A stretch of DNA of 59,547 nt, the filler included. It is 4 parts of 4 records of this genome, joined end to end, with 100 filler letters (N's around TTAATTAATTAA, not from the genome) between each part and the next. Parts side by side here need not be neighbours in the genome. Positions count along the whole stretch, not along the records: positions 37,976 to 51,717 come from SRR31156797_13544; positions 51,818 to 59,547 come from SRR31156797_13583; 2 more parts are not named here. The stretch is one strand, 5' to 3'. Position numbers and translations under genes: made by a program. The notes below the pieces were generated by a model that was given only the letters and a program-made list of their open reading frames with translations, did not search any database and was not told the DNA's origin. Positions within the stretch are counted from its first letter, which is position 1. Each line of letters starts with the position of its first letter. This document shows positions 41,682 to 51,889 of this stretch, one piece after another.

Positions 41682-42550
41682 AGGAAAAAGAAATCAGGGA
41701 GATAGAGCTCGATTTATTGCTTGAAGGCATCCTCCGCCGACACGGCTACGACTTTCGGCATTATGCCAGGGCATCCCTCAAAAGACGCGTGGCTTCCATG
41801 TCAAGCAAGCTGGGAGTGGACCACATATCGGAGATCATCCCGCCCATACTCCGCGATGATAAAGCGATCAACGATTTCCTCAGGGAAATGTCCATCTCCG
41901 TTACCGAAATGTTCAGGGATCCCAATTTCTTTGCCGCGGTTCGGGAAAAAGTTCTCCCCTATCTCGGTTCTTATCCTTTTTTGAAAATATGGCATGCCGG
42001 CTGCGCCACGGGAGAAGAAGTCTACGCCATGGCCATATTACTCAAGGAAGAGGGCCTTTACCGGCGATCCCGCATCTATGCAACGGATTTCAACAATGAA
42101 TCCATTCACAAGGCCGAGGAAGGGATCTACCCCTTAAGTAAAATGAAAAACTACATGGACAACTACAACCGATCCAACCCCAAGGCATCTTTTTCAGACT
42201 ACTATCACGCCGGCTATAAATCCGCCAAAATGCTTGAAGATCTGCGAAAGTGCATTACATTTGCCAATCATAATCTTGTGACGGACGGCGTCTTTGGAGA
42301 GATGAACCTGATCGTGTGCCGAAATGTACTGATCTACTTTGATAAAGACCTCCAAAACCGGGTTCTGCGCCTGTTTCGCGCCAGTCTTTGTCACCGCGGA
42401 TTTCTCTGTTTGGGTTCCAAGGAGTCACTGCGTTTTTCCCAAGTGGCCGACGATTTCGAGGTAGTCTCCCATAAGGAAAAGATTTTCAGAAAACGTCGTT
42501 TATCGTCCAGTTCCCAATATGGACAAAATGAGGCCGTTTTTAATGATTGA
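41678..42550 (+). CDS. cheR: CheR-family protein-glutamate methyltransferase
   Basis: VTEMFRD, IWHAGCATGEEVY, YATD, CRNVLIYF. Confidence 0.93.
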   Translation: MKEKEIREIELDLLLEGILRRHGYDFRHYARASLKRRVASMSSKLGVDHISEIIPPILRDDKAINDFLREMSISVTEMFRDPNFFAAVREKVLPYLGSYPFLKIWHAGCATGEEVYAMAILLKEEGLYRRSRIYATDFNNESIHKAEEGIYPLSKMKNYMDNYNRSNPKASFSDYYHAGYKSAKMLEDLRKCITFANHNLVTDGVFGEMNLIVCRNVLIYFDKDLQNRVLRLFRASLCHRGFLCLGSKESLRFSQVADDFEVVSHKEKIFRKRRLSSSSQYGQNEAVFND

Positions 42551-43145
42551 GACCGTGGTCATCGGCGTCTCCGCCGGAGGGATGAAGGCGCTCGGCGCAC
42601 TTCTGCCGAAATTGCCCCGAAAACCGCCCTACGCCGTAATCATTGTGCAACATGTCCGGGAAGGCTCCGACAATTTCATGGTGAACTATCTGGACAGGAT
42701 CAGTTCCATTTCCGTCACGGAAGCGGATGAAAAGGCGATTATCAAGCCGGGAATCGTGTACGTAGCCCCTGCGGGATACCACTTGTTGATAGAAGAAAAC
42801 AGGACCTTCAGCCTCTCTGTGGACCCTCCCGTAAATTTCGCACGCCCGTCCATTGACGTTTTATTCGAAAGCGCGGCCGAGGCATTTGAAAAGAGCCTTG
42901 TGGGCATTATCCTGACCGGTGCAAGTTCGGACGGTGCCGAAGGCCTGGCACGCATCAAGGCTTGCGGCGGAATTGCCGTTGTTCAGGATCCCGAAACCGC
43001 CGAGGCACCCGTCATGCCCATGGCGGCCATTCGCGCCACGAAAACCGATCGGATTTTCACTATAGAACAAATCGGAACCTTTCTATGTAAGCATGGCGAA
43101 CAAAAAGAAAATTTCGAAACAACAACAAACCGGAAGGATGTTTGA
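42543..43145 (+). CDS. cheB: Stand-alone CheB methylesterase (no REC domain)
   Basis: GVSAGG, IVQH, APAGYHL, RPSIDVLF, LTGASSDG. Start taken at ATG 42543. Confidence 0.92.
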   Translation: MIETVVIGVSAGGMKALGALLPKLPRKPPYAVIIVQHVREGSDNFMVNYLDRISSISVTEADEKAIIKPGIVYVAPAGYHLLIEENRTFSLSVDPPVNFARPSIDVLFESAAEAFEKSLVGIILTGASSDGAEGLARIKACGGIAVVQDPETAEAPVMPMAAIRATKTDRIFTIEQIGTFLCKHGEQKENFETTTNRKDV

Positions 43146-45282
43146 GTTTATGCCCTTAAACCCAGTACCCAAACCGGCCGCTGTCCCAAAACTGCTGGTG
43201 GTGGATGACCTCGCCGAAAACCTTTTCGCCATGCGGAAGATTCTCAAACCCCTTCGGGCTGAAGTGCTCACGGCCCAATCCGGCAATGAAGCCCTGGCCT
43301 TCACCCTTCACAACGATTTCGCCGTTGCCCTGCTGGATGTGCAAATGCCTGAAATGGACGGCTTTGAGCTGGCTTCCCTCATGAGGGATCACGACCTGAC
43401 CCAGCATATCCCCATCATTTTTCTGACAGCCATCAGCAAGGAGGAAAAGCATATCTTTGAAGGGTACGAAAAAGGGGCCGTGGATTATCTGTTCAAACCC
43501 ATCGATTCCCAGATTCTGCTCAGCAAGGTCCAGACTTTTTTGTTGCTTCAACAGCAACGGATCGCCCTGGAAACAAGCGAAGATCGTTACAAATGCCTGG
43601 TTGAAGGCATTCCCGACATTATCTATTCTTTCTCCAGAAAGCGGGGTACCACTTATTGTTCCATCCAGGTGAAACAAATTCTCGGCTACACACCTGAACA
43701 ATTATGGACACACCCCTTCCTATGGTTGAAGGCCGTTCACCCTGATGATCTTCAGCAGGTCAAAGATGCCATTGACCGGTTTTACGAGGGGAATCATTTT
43801 GACATTGAATATCGGATAAAAGACGCCACGGGAAAATGGGTCTGGCTCAGGGATCGGTCCATTGATCGCCGGATCGAGGGTGGCGAACTCATTATTGACG
43901 GAATCGCCACCGATATCACCCTGCAGAAAGAGGCCGAGGCGGTTTTGACCCGCCTGGCGGAACAGGATCAACTAACGAATCTGGCAACCCGGAAAGTCTT
44001 CAATGAATTTCAGCAGAGGGCCATGTCCCGCGCCAAAAGATATCTCCGGAGCATGGCCGTACTGTTTCTGGACATGGATCACTTCAAGGAAATAAACGAT
44101 AATTTCGGACATGCCGTCGGCGACCTGCTTCTGAAATCCGTCGCTAAACGTCTGGGAGATTGCGTACGCGCAAGCGACCTTGTGGCCCGCCTGGGTGGAG
44201 ATGAATTCGCTATTGTTCTGGATGAACTCTCCCGCCCGGAAGATGCGGCGGGGGTTGCACAAAAAATTCTGAAATCCATGGATAGACCGCACCTGATTGA
44301 CGGACGTCGGATCAAGGTCGGTATCAGCATCGGAATCGCCATTTACAACAAGGATTCAGACACCATTGAGAAACTAAACAAGCGCGCCGACATTGCCATG
44401 TACCATGCCAAGAAGACGGGAAGAAATACCTTTCATTTTTTTTCAGAGGATATGCATGAAAAGGCGCTCCGACGCTCACGGCTCAAACAAGATCTGGGAT
44501 CCGCCATCCAAAACCGGGAATTGTTTCTCCTTTACCAACCTCAGATCGATCTGAACACCCGACGCATCAGTGGGTTTGAAGCGTTGCTCCGCTGGCGGCA
44601 CGGGAAATTTGGAAATACCGGCCCCAATGACTTTATCCACCTGGCGGAGGAAAAGGGGCTCATTCATCCCATTGGAGAATGGGTATTGAACGAAGTCTGT
44701 TCCAACGATTCTCTCTTCCCGAAAAATCAACCTGAAACGCTCGACGCCATCGGAATCGCCATCAACGTTTCACCAAAGCAGCTTAGGGAGAGATTTTTCG
44801 CCGAAAAGATCGAACGTATTATTACCAATGCCGCCATTGCCCCGGGACGGCTGACCTTGGAACTGACGGAGGCCATGGTCATAGAGAACCCCGAGGCAGC
44901 CAAAGAAGTTCTCAGCCGAATCCGAGCGCTCGGGGTAAGGGTCGCCATTGATGATTTCGGAAAGGGATATTCTTCTTTGAGTTATCTGGCAAATCTCCCC
45001 GTTGACATCATCAAAATCGACACCTCCTTCGTACACAGCATCGGACACAGTAAGGACCACGAAGCCATTGTCAAGACCATCATCGCCATGGCCGGAAACC
45101 TCGGTCTGGAGGTGGTGGCCGAAGGTGTTGAGAGCGCTTACCAATCCGACTTCCTAGTGAATCATCAATGCCATATCATGCAGGGATACTATTTCGGGAG
45201 GCCCATGGACCGGACCATGGCCAAGGAATTGCTCAACAAAAAGATTCTGTGGGAGGATAAGCGAAATGGCGGTAACCCATAA
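43093..45282 (+). CDS. REC-PAS-GGDEF-EAL diguanylate cyclase/phosphodiesterase
   Basis: LVVDD/LLDVQMP receiver, PAS_3-like VHPDD, RLGGDEF, FEALLRW, DDFGKGYSS. The true start may be 43138 or 43150. Confidence 0.93.
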   Translation: MANKKKISKQQQTGRMFEFMPLNPVPKPAAVPKLLVVDDLAENLFAMRKILKPLRAEVLTAQSGNEALAFTLHNDFAVALLDVQMPEMDGFELASLMRDHDLTQHIPIIFLTAISKEEKHIFEGYEKGAVDYLFKPIDSQILLSKVQTFLLLQQQRIALETSEDRYKCLVEGIPDIIYSFSRKRGTTYCSIQVKQILGYTPEQLWTHPFLWLKAVHPDDLQQVKDAIDRFYEGNHFDIEYRIKDATGKWVWLRDRSIDRRIEGGELIIDGIATDITLQKEAEAVLTRLAEQDQLTNLATRKVFNEFQQRAMSRAKRYLRSMAVLFLDMDHFKEINDNFGHAVGDLLLKSVAKRLGDCVRASDLVARLGGDEFAIVLDELSRPEDAAGVAQKILKSMDRPHLIDGRRIKVGISIGIAIYNKDSDTIEKLNKRADIAMYHAKKTGRNTFHFFSEDMHEKALRRSRLKQDLGSAIQNRELFLLYQPQIDLNTRRISGFEALLRWRHGKFGNTGPNDFIHLAEEKGLIHPIGEWVLNEVCSNDSLFPKNQPETLDAIGIAINVSPKQLRERFFAEKIERIITNAAIAPGRLTLELTEAMVIENPEAAKEVLSRIRALGVRVAIDDFGKGYSSLSYLANLPVDIIKIDTSFVHSIGHSKDHEAIVKTIIAMAGNLGLEVVAEGVESAYQSDFLVNHQCHIMQGYYFGRPMDRTMAKELLNKKILWEDKRNGGNP

Positions 45283-45304
45283 AAACCCCGGACGGTGAAC
45301 AATT

Positions 45305-46681
45305 TTGAATTCATTTTTAAACTATGATGCTTTTCAGGTGAGACTGCTGGCGTTAAAAGCCTGGGTCATGTCCAATATCTTTGTCTGGGAAAACCTCGTT
45401 CAAATCCTGGAGCAGATTGCTTTCATATTGGCTGCATGGATTGTGGGAACCATTATCGGTCGATGGCTCCGACAAATCATTTTATCCCGACGGAAAGAAG
45501 ACGCCCTCAAGAACAAATTTATCACGGGAATTCTGGCTCGCTTTCTGGCGTTGCTGCCCCTCATTTTCAGTATATTCGTCCTGTGGTTGAGCATTCAGAC
45601 CATTGTTCGCTTCGGGCAACAGATATTCCTGTTGAACCTGGCCCTGAACCTGTCCATGGCCTGGGTTGTGATTCAACTGGTCACCTCCGTTATTTTAGAC
45701 CGGTTCTGGTCCAAAATTATTGCCGCAACATGCTGGCTGTTTGCGGCCCTCAATATCCTGGGTGTTCTGGATAAAACCGTTTATCTGCTGGAGAGTATCG
45801 GATTTTCGGTTGGCGAAGTGAAACTCAACCTCCTCTCCCTCATCAAAGCCGTGTTCGCCCTGTTCATCCTCCTTCGAGGCGTCAACTGGATCAGCGGAAA
45901 CCTGGAAAAGAAACTGGCCACTGTTTCCGAACTGACCCCTTCCACCCGTTTGATGCTCACCAAAAGCATCAATATTACCATGATCGTGATGGTGACGCTG
46001 GTTGCGCTGAACAGCGTCGGCATTGATCTGTCGGCCCTGGCTCTTTTAAGCGGCGCCATCGGCGTGGGCATTGGATTCGGATTGCAGAAAATCGTCGGAA
46101 ATTTCATCAGCGGACTCATCCTGCTCTCCGATAAAACCGTCAAACCGGGCGATGTGGTGCAACTGCAGGACATATACGGGTTTGTGAAACACATGGGTGG
46201 TCGGTGCGTATCGGTGGTGACCCGGGATGAAAAAGAATACCTGATCCCCAATGAAGATCTCATCACCCAGCAGGTCATCAACTGGTCCTATTCAACACGA
46301 AAAATCCGAATCAAGGTACCGGTGGGCATCTCCTACAATGCGGATCCCCACAAAGCCATGGCCCTGATCGAAAATGCCGCCAAAGACATGGAGAGAGTTC
46401 TGGACGACCCTGCGCCGAAATGCCTGCTGGTGGGTTTCGGGGACAACTCCGTTGACCTGCAGTTTCGCTTCTGGATTCGGGATCCCGCAAACGGGGTCGC
46501 CAATATCACCAGTAAGGTCATGCTCAGCATCTGGGATGTTCTCAAAGCCCATGAAATTGAAATACCGTATCCGCAGCGGGATGTACACCTGGCCCCCCAA
46601 TCATCATTGCGAGTTGTGCATGTTTCCGAAGATGGCAAGGGTAACACATGGAAAGACTCAAAAAGCAAAAATGAGCCTTGA
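45305..46681 (+). CDS. MscS-family mechanosensitive channel
   Basis: GAIGVGIGFGLQ, KPGD, IPN, INWS, IPYPQRDVH; extra N-terminal TM helices. Confidence 0.92.
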   Translation: MNSFLNYDAFQVRLLALKAWVMSNIFVWENLVQILEQIAFILAAWIVGTIIGRWLRQIILSRRKEDALKNKFITGILARFLALLPLIFSIFVLWLSIQTIVRFGQQIFLLNLALNLSMAWVVIQLVTSVILDRFWSKIIAATCWLFAALNILGVLDKTVYLLESIGFSVGEVKLNLLSLIKAVFALFILLRGVNWISGNLEKKLATVSELTPSTRLMLTKSINITMIVMVTLVALNSVGIDLSALALLSGAIGVGIGFGLQKIVGNFISGLILLSDKTVKPGDVVQLQDIYGFVKHMGGRCVSVVTRDEKEYLIPNEDLITQQVINWSYSTRKIRIKVPVGISYNADPHKAMALIENAAKDMERVLDDPAPKCLLVGFGDNSVDLQFRFWIRDPANGVANITSKVMLSIWDVLKAHEIEIPYPQRDVHLAPQSSLRVVHVSEDGKGNTWKDSKSKNEP

Positions 46682-46756
46682 CACAATAGAGAAATCTTCT
46701 TAAAAAATCAAAACCCTTCACCTCAAAAAGATCGTATCATCAGGAGTGGAAAGCCT

Positions 46757-48073
46757 TTGCAAAATAACCATTTCCTTTATTGCGGCGAAAAAAAGGAGGC
46801 ATTTACCCTTCCGCCGAAGTGGACCATACTGGAACACACCCGGATCTCCGAGGATGTACCGGCAATGCCGGTCGGGGATTTGACCCTGAGCGCTTTGGCT
46901 GCACCGATCGGGTCCCCCCCACTGGATGAAATGGCCGGAAAAGATATGGAAGTGGCCATCCTGGTGGATGATCCGGCTCGCGCAACACCCGTTGACCGGA
47001 TGTTGCCCCCCATTCTTACGGAACTCATGGACGCGGGAGTCCGTCAAAAGCACATCACCATCGTGGTGGCACTGGGCACACACCGCTTCGCGTCCCGGAA
47101 AGATCTTGAAGCCAAAGTGGGAAAGGGTGTTCTTCAAGAGTTCCGGGTGGTTCAACACGACTGTCATGCGGACAACCTGGTTCCCATGGGAAGGCTTTTA
47201 ACGGGGGCGGAGGTGGCCATCGACCCCTTCGTGGCCCGGGCTCAGCTTAAAATCGGCATCGGAAGCATCTTTCCCCATCCCATGAACGGGTTCGGGGGGG
47301 GCGCCAAAATCCTCTTCCCCGGGGTCGCCGACTTCAAATCCATCAGTGAACACCATTTCCATTATACGCCGGAGACGGGGTCCGTTCTGGGTCATACCAA
47401 AACCAATCCTTTCTACTTTGAAGTCTGCCGCATGGCGGAAGCGGCGGGCCTGGACTTTATCGTCAACTGTATCTTTGACGCCCGGGAGCGGGTGGTTGAC
47501 GTGGTGGCCGGCCATTTTGAAAAAGCGCACCGGGCGGGAATCGAAAAAAGTAAACGGAATTATGCTTTTCACTTAAAAGAAACGGCGGATGTAACCATTG
47601 TGTCGGCCGACCCCTACCATGAAGGCCCCCAGATCATGAAACCGATTATCCCCAGCGCCCTGATGACCACGCGACCCGGCGGGGCCGTCATCGTGCTTGC
47701 CCGATGCCCGGGCGGCATGCCGGAAGCCATGCTGCAATCATTTGACGCCATTTTTAAAACCCGGCCGGAACATACGGGGCGCTTTGCGGTAAACGCCTTT
47801 AGAACCTCTCAACTCATGGCGGAAGGCGCCATCGATTTCAACTGTGCCATTTTCTTCGCCCTGGTATGCGCTTCCCGCACCCGTATCACCATCGTATCGA
47901 AGGACCTGGATAAAACCGCCGTAAACCGTCTGGGATTTAACCATGCAACCACTCTGGATGCGGCCATTTTTAAAGAACAGGAAAAGCAACCCGAAGCCAC
48001 GGCAAACATATTTCCCCTGGGGGGGCTGCTGCTCCCCCTCTTGCCGTCTTTAACCCGTTTGTATGAATTCTAA
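46757..48073 (+). CDS. LarA-family nickel-pincer racemase/epimerase (DUF2088)
   Basis: DDPARATP, ALGTHR, QHD and HPMNGFGGGAK motifs. Confidence 0.85.
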   Translation: MQNNHFLYCGEKKEAFTLPPKWTILEHTRISEDVPAMPVGDLTLSALAAPIGSPPLDEMAGKDMEVAILVDDPARATPVDRMLPPILTELMDAGVRQKHITIVVALGTHRFASRKDLEAKVGKGVLQEFRVVQHDCHADNLVPMGRLLTGAEVAIDPFVARAQLKIGIGSIFPHPMNGFGGGAKILFPGVADFKSISEHHFHYTPETGSVLGHTKTNPFYFEVCRMAEAAGLDFIVNCIFDARERVVDVVAGHFEKAHRAGIEKSKRNYAFHLKETADVTIVSADPYHEGPQIMKPIIPSALMTTRPGGAVIVLARCPGGMPEAMLQSFDAIFKTRPEHTGRFAVNAFRTSQLMAEGAIDFNCAIFFALVCASRTRITIVSKDLDKTAVNRLGFNHATTLDAAIFKEQEKQPEATANIFPLGGLLLPLLPSLTRLYEF

Positions 48074-48100
48074 CGGATCACAAAAAAGTAAGGAGTTGAC

Positions 48101-49963
48101 ATGAAACAGGAGATTTTCTTAGGAAACGGCGCCATTGCCCTGGGATTGATGGAGGCCGGCTGCCAGGTGATGACCTCCTATCCGGGAACCCCCAGTTCCG
48201 AGATACTGCCGGAAGCCATCCGACTGGTTAAATCCGAAGGGCTGAACACCTACGTGGAATGGTCCACCAACGAAAAGGTGGCCCTGGACAATGCCTTTGC
48301 CGCCGCCATTTCCGGAAAACGGGCCGCCTGCTGCATGAAACAGGTGGGGCTCAACGTGGCGGCCGACACCCTCATGAGCGCCGTCTATATGGGAACCGTG
48401 GGCGGGTTGGTCATCATTTCCTGTGATGACCCGGGACCCCATTCTTCCCAGACCGAACAGGACACACGATTCATGGCGCGCCTTGCCAAAATCCCCATAC
48501 TGGATCCGGCAACCCCCGAAGAAGCCAGGGCCATGGCAGGCCTTGCCATGGAGTTGTCGGAGGAATTCCGCATCCCCTTTATTTTGAGGCCCGCCATCCG
48601 GGTCTGCCACGCCCGTCAGAACCTTTCGTGGGACTCCCTTGTGGATAACACGAAGAAAGCCTCATTTGAAAAGGATCCGGGCCGTTGGGCCGCAACCCCC
48701 AGGTTCCGGTTCATACTCCACGGAGAATTGAACAAAAAGCTTGATGCCATCGGAGAACGGTTTTCATCCCTTTCAGAAATCAATCACCACAACCTGGAGC
48801 CGGGAAAACGGTATCCCCTGGGCATCATGGCGGGCGGCGTACCCTTTGCCGCCGTCAACGATATCCTGTCCGATGAAAAGAGAGATGACATCCCCCTGCT
48901 GAAACTGGGGGCACCCTACCCCCTTCCCAAAGGGCTGACGGACCAATTCATGGGCGCCTGCGAAAAAGTACTGGTTCTGGAGGAGACCGACACCCTCATG
49001 GAATACCTGCTGGGAGACAACCGGAAAGTTCTGGGCCGCATCTCGGGACATGTCCCTTCCCAGGGGGAACTGCTCCCCCAGGTGATTTTCGATTGTCTGG
49101 AAAGTATCCTTGCGGAACTGAAGATTGAACCCTTTGCCGGCAAAGAAAATTCCGGGGTAGGCCAACTGGTCCGGAGCCTGGAACTCCCCATCCGGAAACC
49201 GACCCTCTGTCCGGGATGTCCCCACCGGGCCTCATTTTATACCATTCGAAAGACCCGGCCCAAGGCCATCTTCACATCCGACATCGGCTGCTATACCCTG
49301 GGGCTGAACCTGGGTGCCGTGGACACGGTGATCGATATGGGTGCCGCCATCACCATGGCATCGGGCTTTTATCACGCATACCAACAGGACGGGGTGGACC
49401 AACCGGTGGTGGCCACCATCGGCGACTCCACCTTTTACCATTCCGGCACGGCGGGGCTCTTAAACGCCGTTTACAATGACGCCCGGTTCATCCTGGTTAT
49501 CCTGGATAACCTCATCACCGCCATGACCGGCATGCAGCCCACCCCCGGTATCGGCATCAGGGCCGACGGCAGCAAAGGGAAAGCCATCCCCCTGGAACGG
49601 GTGGTCAAGGGTTGCGGCATCGATTTCATCGAAGAAGTGGATCCCTACGATACCAAAGCCATGGGCGCTCTCATGAAGGAGGCGACCCAATATGTGGAAT
49701 CCCCCGACGGCGGCATTGCGGTCATTATCGCCCGCCATCCCTGCGTCATCGCTTACCGGGCGGAAGCGGTCCCCCAACGGATACCGGTGGAAGTTACCGA
49801 TGACTGTACCGAATGCAATTTCTGTCACGACCGCTTTGAATGTCCCGCCCTTTACAAAGATGAAGCGTTAGACCGGACCGCCGTCAACCAGGCCCTGTGC
49901 GTTCAGTGCGGCGTCTGCCTGCAGGTCTGCCCCACGGGAGCCATTGTGGAAATTTCGGAATGA
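48101..49963 (+). CDS. iorA: Indolepyruvate:ferredoxin oxidoreductase alpha subunit
   Basis: YPGTPSSE, NEKVA, KQVGLNVAAD, DDPG..SSQ.EQD, CPGCPHR, DIGCY, IGDSTF, C-terminal ferredoxin Cys motifs. Confidence 0.94.
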   Translation: MKQEIFLGNGAIALGLMEAGCQVMTSYPGTPSSEILPEAIRLVKSEGLNTYVEWSTNEKVALDNAFAAAISGKRAACCMKQVGLNVAADTLMSAVYMGTVGGLVIISCDDPGPHSSQTEQDTRFMARLAKIPILDPATPEEARAMAGLAMELSEEFRIPFILRPAIRVCHARQNLSWDSLVDNTKKASFEKDPGRWAATPRFRFILHGELNKKLDAIGERFSSLSEINHHNLEPGKRYPLGIMAGGVPFAAVNDILSDEKRDDIPLLKLGAPYPLPKGLTDQFMGACEKVLVLEETDTLMEYLLGDNRKVLGRISGHVPSQGELLPQVIFDCLESILAELKIEPFAGKENSGVGQLVRSLELPIRKPTLCPGCPHRASFYTIRKTRPKAIFTSDIGCYTLGLNLGAVDTVIDMGAAITMASGFYHAYQQDGVDQPVVATIGDSTFYHSGTAGLLNAVYNDARFILVILDNLITAMTGMQPTPGIGIRADGSKGKAIPLERVVKGCGIDFIEEVDPYDTKAMGALMKEATQYVESPDGGIAVIIARHPCVIAYRAEAVPQRIPVEVTDDCTECNFCHDRFECPALYKDEALDRTAVNQALCVQCGVCLQVCPTGAIVEISE

Positions 49964-50034
49964 CAATTGGGAATGAAACGGGAAAAAGTTGACTTCATAC
50001 CGTTTGAAAACAGCATCAATATGAGAGGAATATA

Positions 50035-50583
50035 ATGGAAAATGTAAACATGATATTCTGTGGGCTGGGTGGGCAGGGGATCCTTTTCATGACCAAAATT
50101 TTTGCCCGGGCCGCCCTGGATAAGGGGCTGCAAACCCTGGGGGCCGAAACCCACGGTATGGCCCAGAGGGGGGGATCGGTGGTATCCCATCTCAAGCTGG
50201 GAAGAGCATCCAGCAGCCTGGTACGGGAGCAGACCGCCGGTTTCCTGCTCGCCCTTGAGGAAAATGAAGCCTATCGAAACCTCCCTTTTCTGGCGCCCGG
50301 CGGCAGCATCTACGTGAACGCTGAAGAAAATGAATTTCCCAGGAAGGAAGTGATCCCCTACATTGAAAAACAGGGAATCGTCTACCATGCCTTCTCCGCC
50401 CAGAAAACGGCCATGGCCCTGGGAAACCCCATGTCCACCAATCTGGCGCTCACGGGCTTTTTTGCTTCTTTGGAAGATGAACCCTTTACCCATGATGAAT
50501 TGCGGCAAACCATCATCAGCGTAAGCCCCGACCGTTTCAGGGATAATAATCTCAAGGTCTTTGATGCGGGATTCGGTTCTTAG
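50035..50583 (+). CDS. iorB: Indolepyruvate:ferredoxin oxidoreductase beta subunit
   Basis: GLGGQG and ETHGMAQRGGSVVSH; follows iorA. Confidence 0.92.
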   Translation: MENVNMIFCGLGGQGILFMTKIFARAALDKGLQTLGAETHGMAQRGGSVVSHLKLGRASSSLVREQTAGFLLALEENEAYRNLPFLAPGGSIYVNAEENEFPRKEVIPYIEKQGIVYHAFSAQKTAMALGNPMSTNLALTGFFASLEDEPFTHDELRQTIISVSPDRFRDNNLKVFDAGFGS

Positions 50584-50607
50584 AAATGAGTTGGCGCGGG
50601 GACGTCT

Positions 50608-51717
50608 CTAGCCTCCGGGTTTACCCCGTTTAGAAACGTGAGGGGAACGCGATCCTGTTCGGGGCTGTTTTTTTCCCGCTTTCGGGTTTCCCCTGCCGGA
50701 TCGGGATTTCGATCCCGAACCTGTCGCTTTTGCCTTACGGGTTTGCGATTGCCGTTTTGAAGCATTCCTATTGACGACCAGCTCTTTTATGGCCCTGTCC
50801 GCCTTTTTTTCGCTAGCCGGGTTGTTGGGCCGTAAAAGAACAAAATCCGGCACATCGCTATCCACCGTATAGCCTGCAACCTTTTCCACCGGTATCTTCC
50901 GCTTCAACAGTTTTTCAATGGCCTGAAGATAAGGCCTTTCATCATAATCGACCAGAGAAACGGCAATGCCCCTTTCACCCGCACGGCCGGTACGGCCGAT
51001 GCGATGAACATAATCCTCGGGAATGCCCGGCATGTCGTAATTGACCACATGGGGCAGATTGCTGATGTCCAGACCCCTTGCGGCCACATCCGTTGCCACC
51101 AGGACGCGGATCTCCCCGTTCTTGAACGCTTTCAGGGTACGGGTTCGAAAGGACTGGCTCTTGTTGCCATGCAGGGCAACCGCATTGATCCGTTGTGCCA
51201 CAAGCTTCTCCGTGAGCTTGTTCGCCCCGTGTTTCGTGCGGGCAAAGACCAGTACCCGTCTCCAATGTTTCCGGGTGATCAGGTGGGTCAGAAGGGCCCG
51301 TTTATTGGATCGTTCCACCAGGTGAACCTTCTGAAAAACCGATTCCGCCGCCGTAGCCTTGGGCGTCACCTCGATATATTCCGGATCATGCAGCATTTTT
51401 CCGGCGAGATCCCGGATCCGTCGGGTGTAGGTGGCGGAAAAGAGCATGGTCCTCCGTTCAACCGGAATGAGATGGAGGATTTCGGAAATCTCCTCACTGA
51501 ATCCCAGATCCAGCATTCTGTCCGCCTCGTCGAAAACCAGGAAGGCTATGCGGGAAAGCTCCACATGTCCCCGGAAGGCAAGATCCAGCAGGCGCCCCGG
51601 GGTGGCCACAAGAACATCGATGCCGCGCCGCAGCCGATCGATCTGCGGATTGATGCGAACCCCGCCGTAGACCACGGTGCATCGCATGGAGACCCGCCTT
51701 GCATAGGCCTTGATGCT
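50608..51717 (-). CDS. rhlE: DEAD-box RNA helicase, RhlE-like, 5'-truncated by the contig end
   Basis: ATPGRL, DEAD, SAT, HGNKSQ, ARGLD, YVHRIGRTGRAG and a basic C-terminal tail; motifs Q and I are missing at the contig edge. Confidence 0.88.
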   Translation of the reverse strand, partial: SIKAYARRVSMRCTVVYGGVRINPQIDRLRRGIDVLVATPGRLLDLAFRGHVELSRIAFLVFDEADRMLDLGFSEEISEILHLIPVERRTMLFSATYTRRIRDLAGKMLHDPEYIEVTPKATAAESVFQKVHLVERSNKRALLTHLITRKHWRRVLVFARTKHGANKLTEKLVAQRINAVALHGNKSQSFRTRTLKAFKNGEIRVLVATDVAARGLDISNLPHVVNYDMPGIPEDYVHRIGRTGRAGERGIAVSLVDYDERPYLQAIEKLLKRKIPVEKVAGYTVDSDVPDFVLLRPNNPASEKKADRAIKELVVNRNASKRQSQTRKAKATGSGSKSRSGRGNPKAGKKQPRTGSRSPHVSKRGKPGG

Positions 51718-51817
51718 NNNNNNNNNNNNNNNNNNNNNNNNNNNNNNNNNNNNNNNNNNNNTTAATTAATTAANNNNNNNNNNNNNNNNNNNNNNNNNNN
51801 NNNNNNNNNNNNNNNNN
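51718..51817. other. Artificial contig linker (Ns plus TTAATTAATTAA)
   Basis: 100-nt N spacer. Confidence 0.99.
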
Positions 51818-51889
51818 TCCGCATTTTTGGGTCGGCCCGGAAGATAAATAACATAAATAGAAATTGAAAATAATTTTAAATAATTATAT

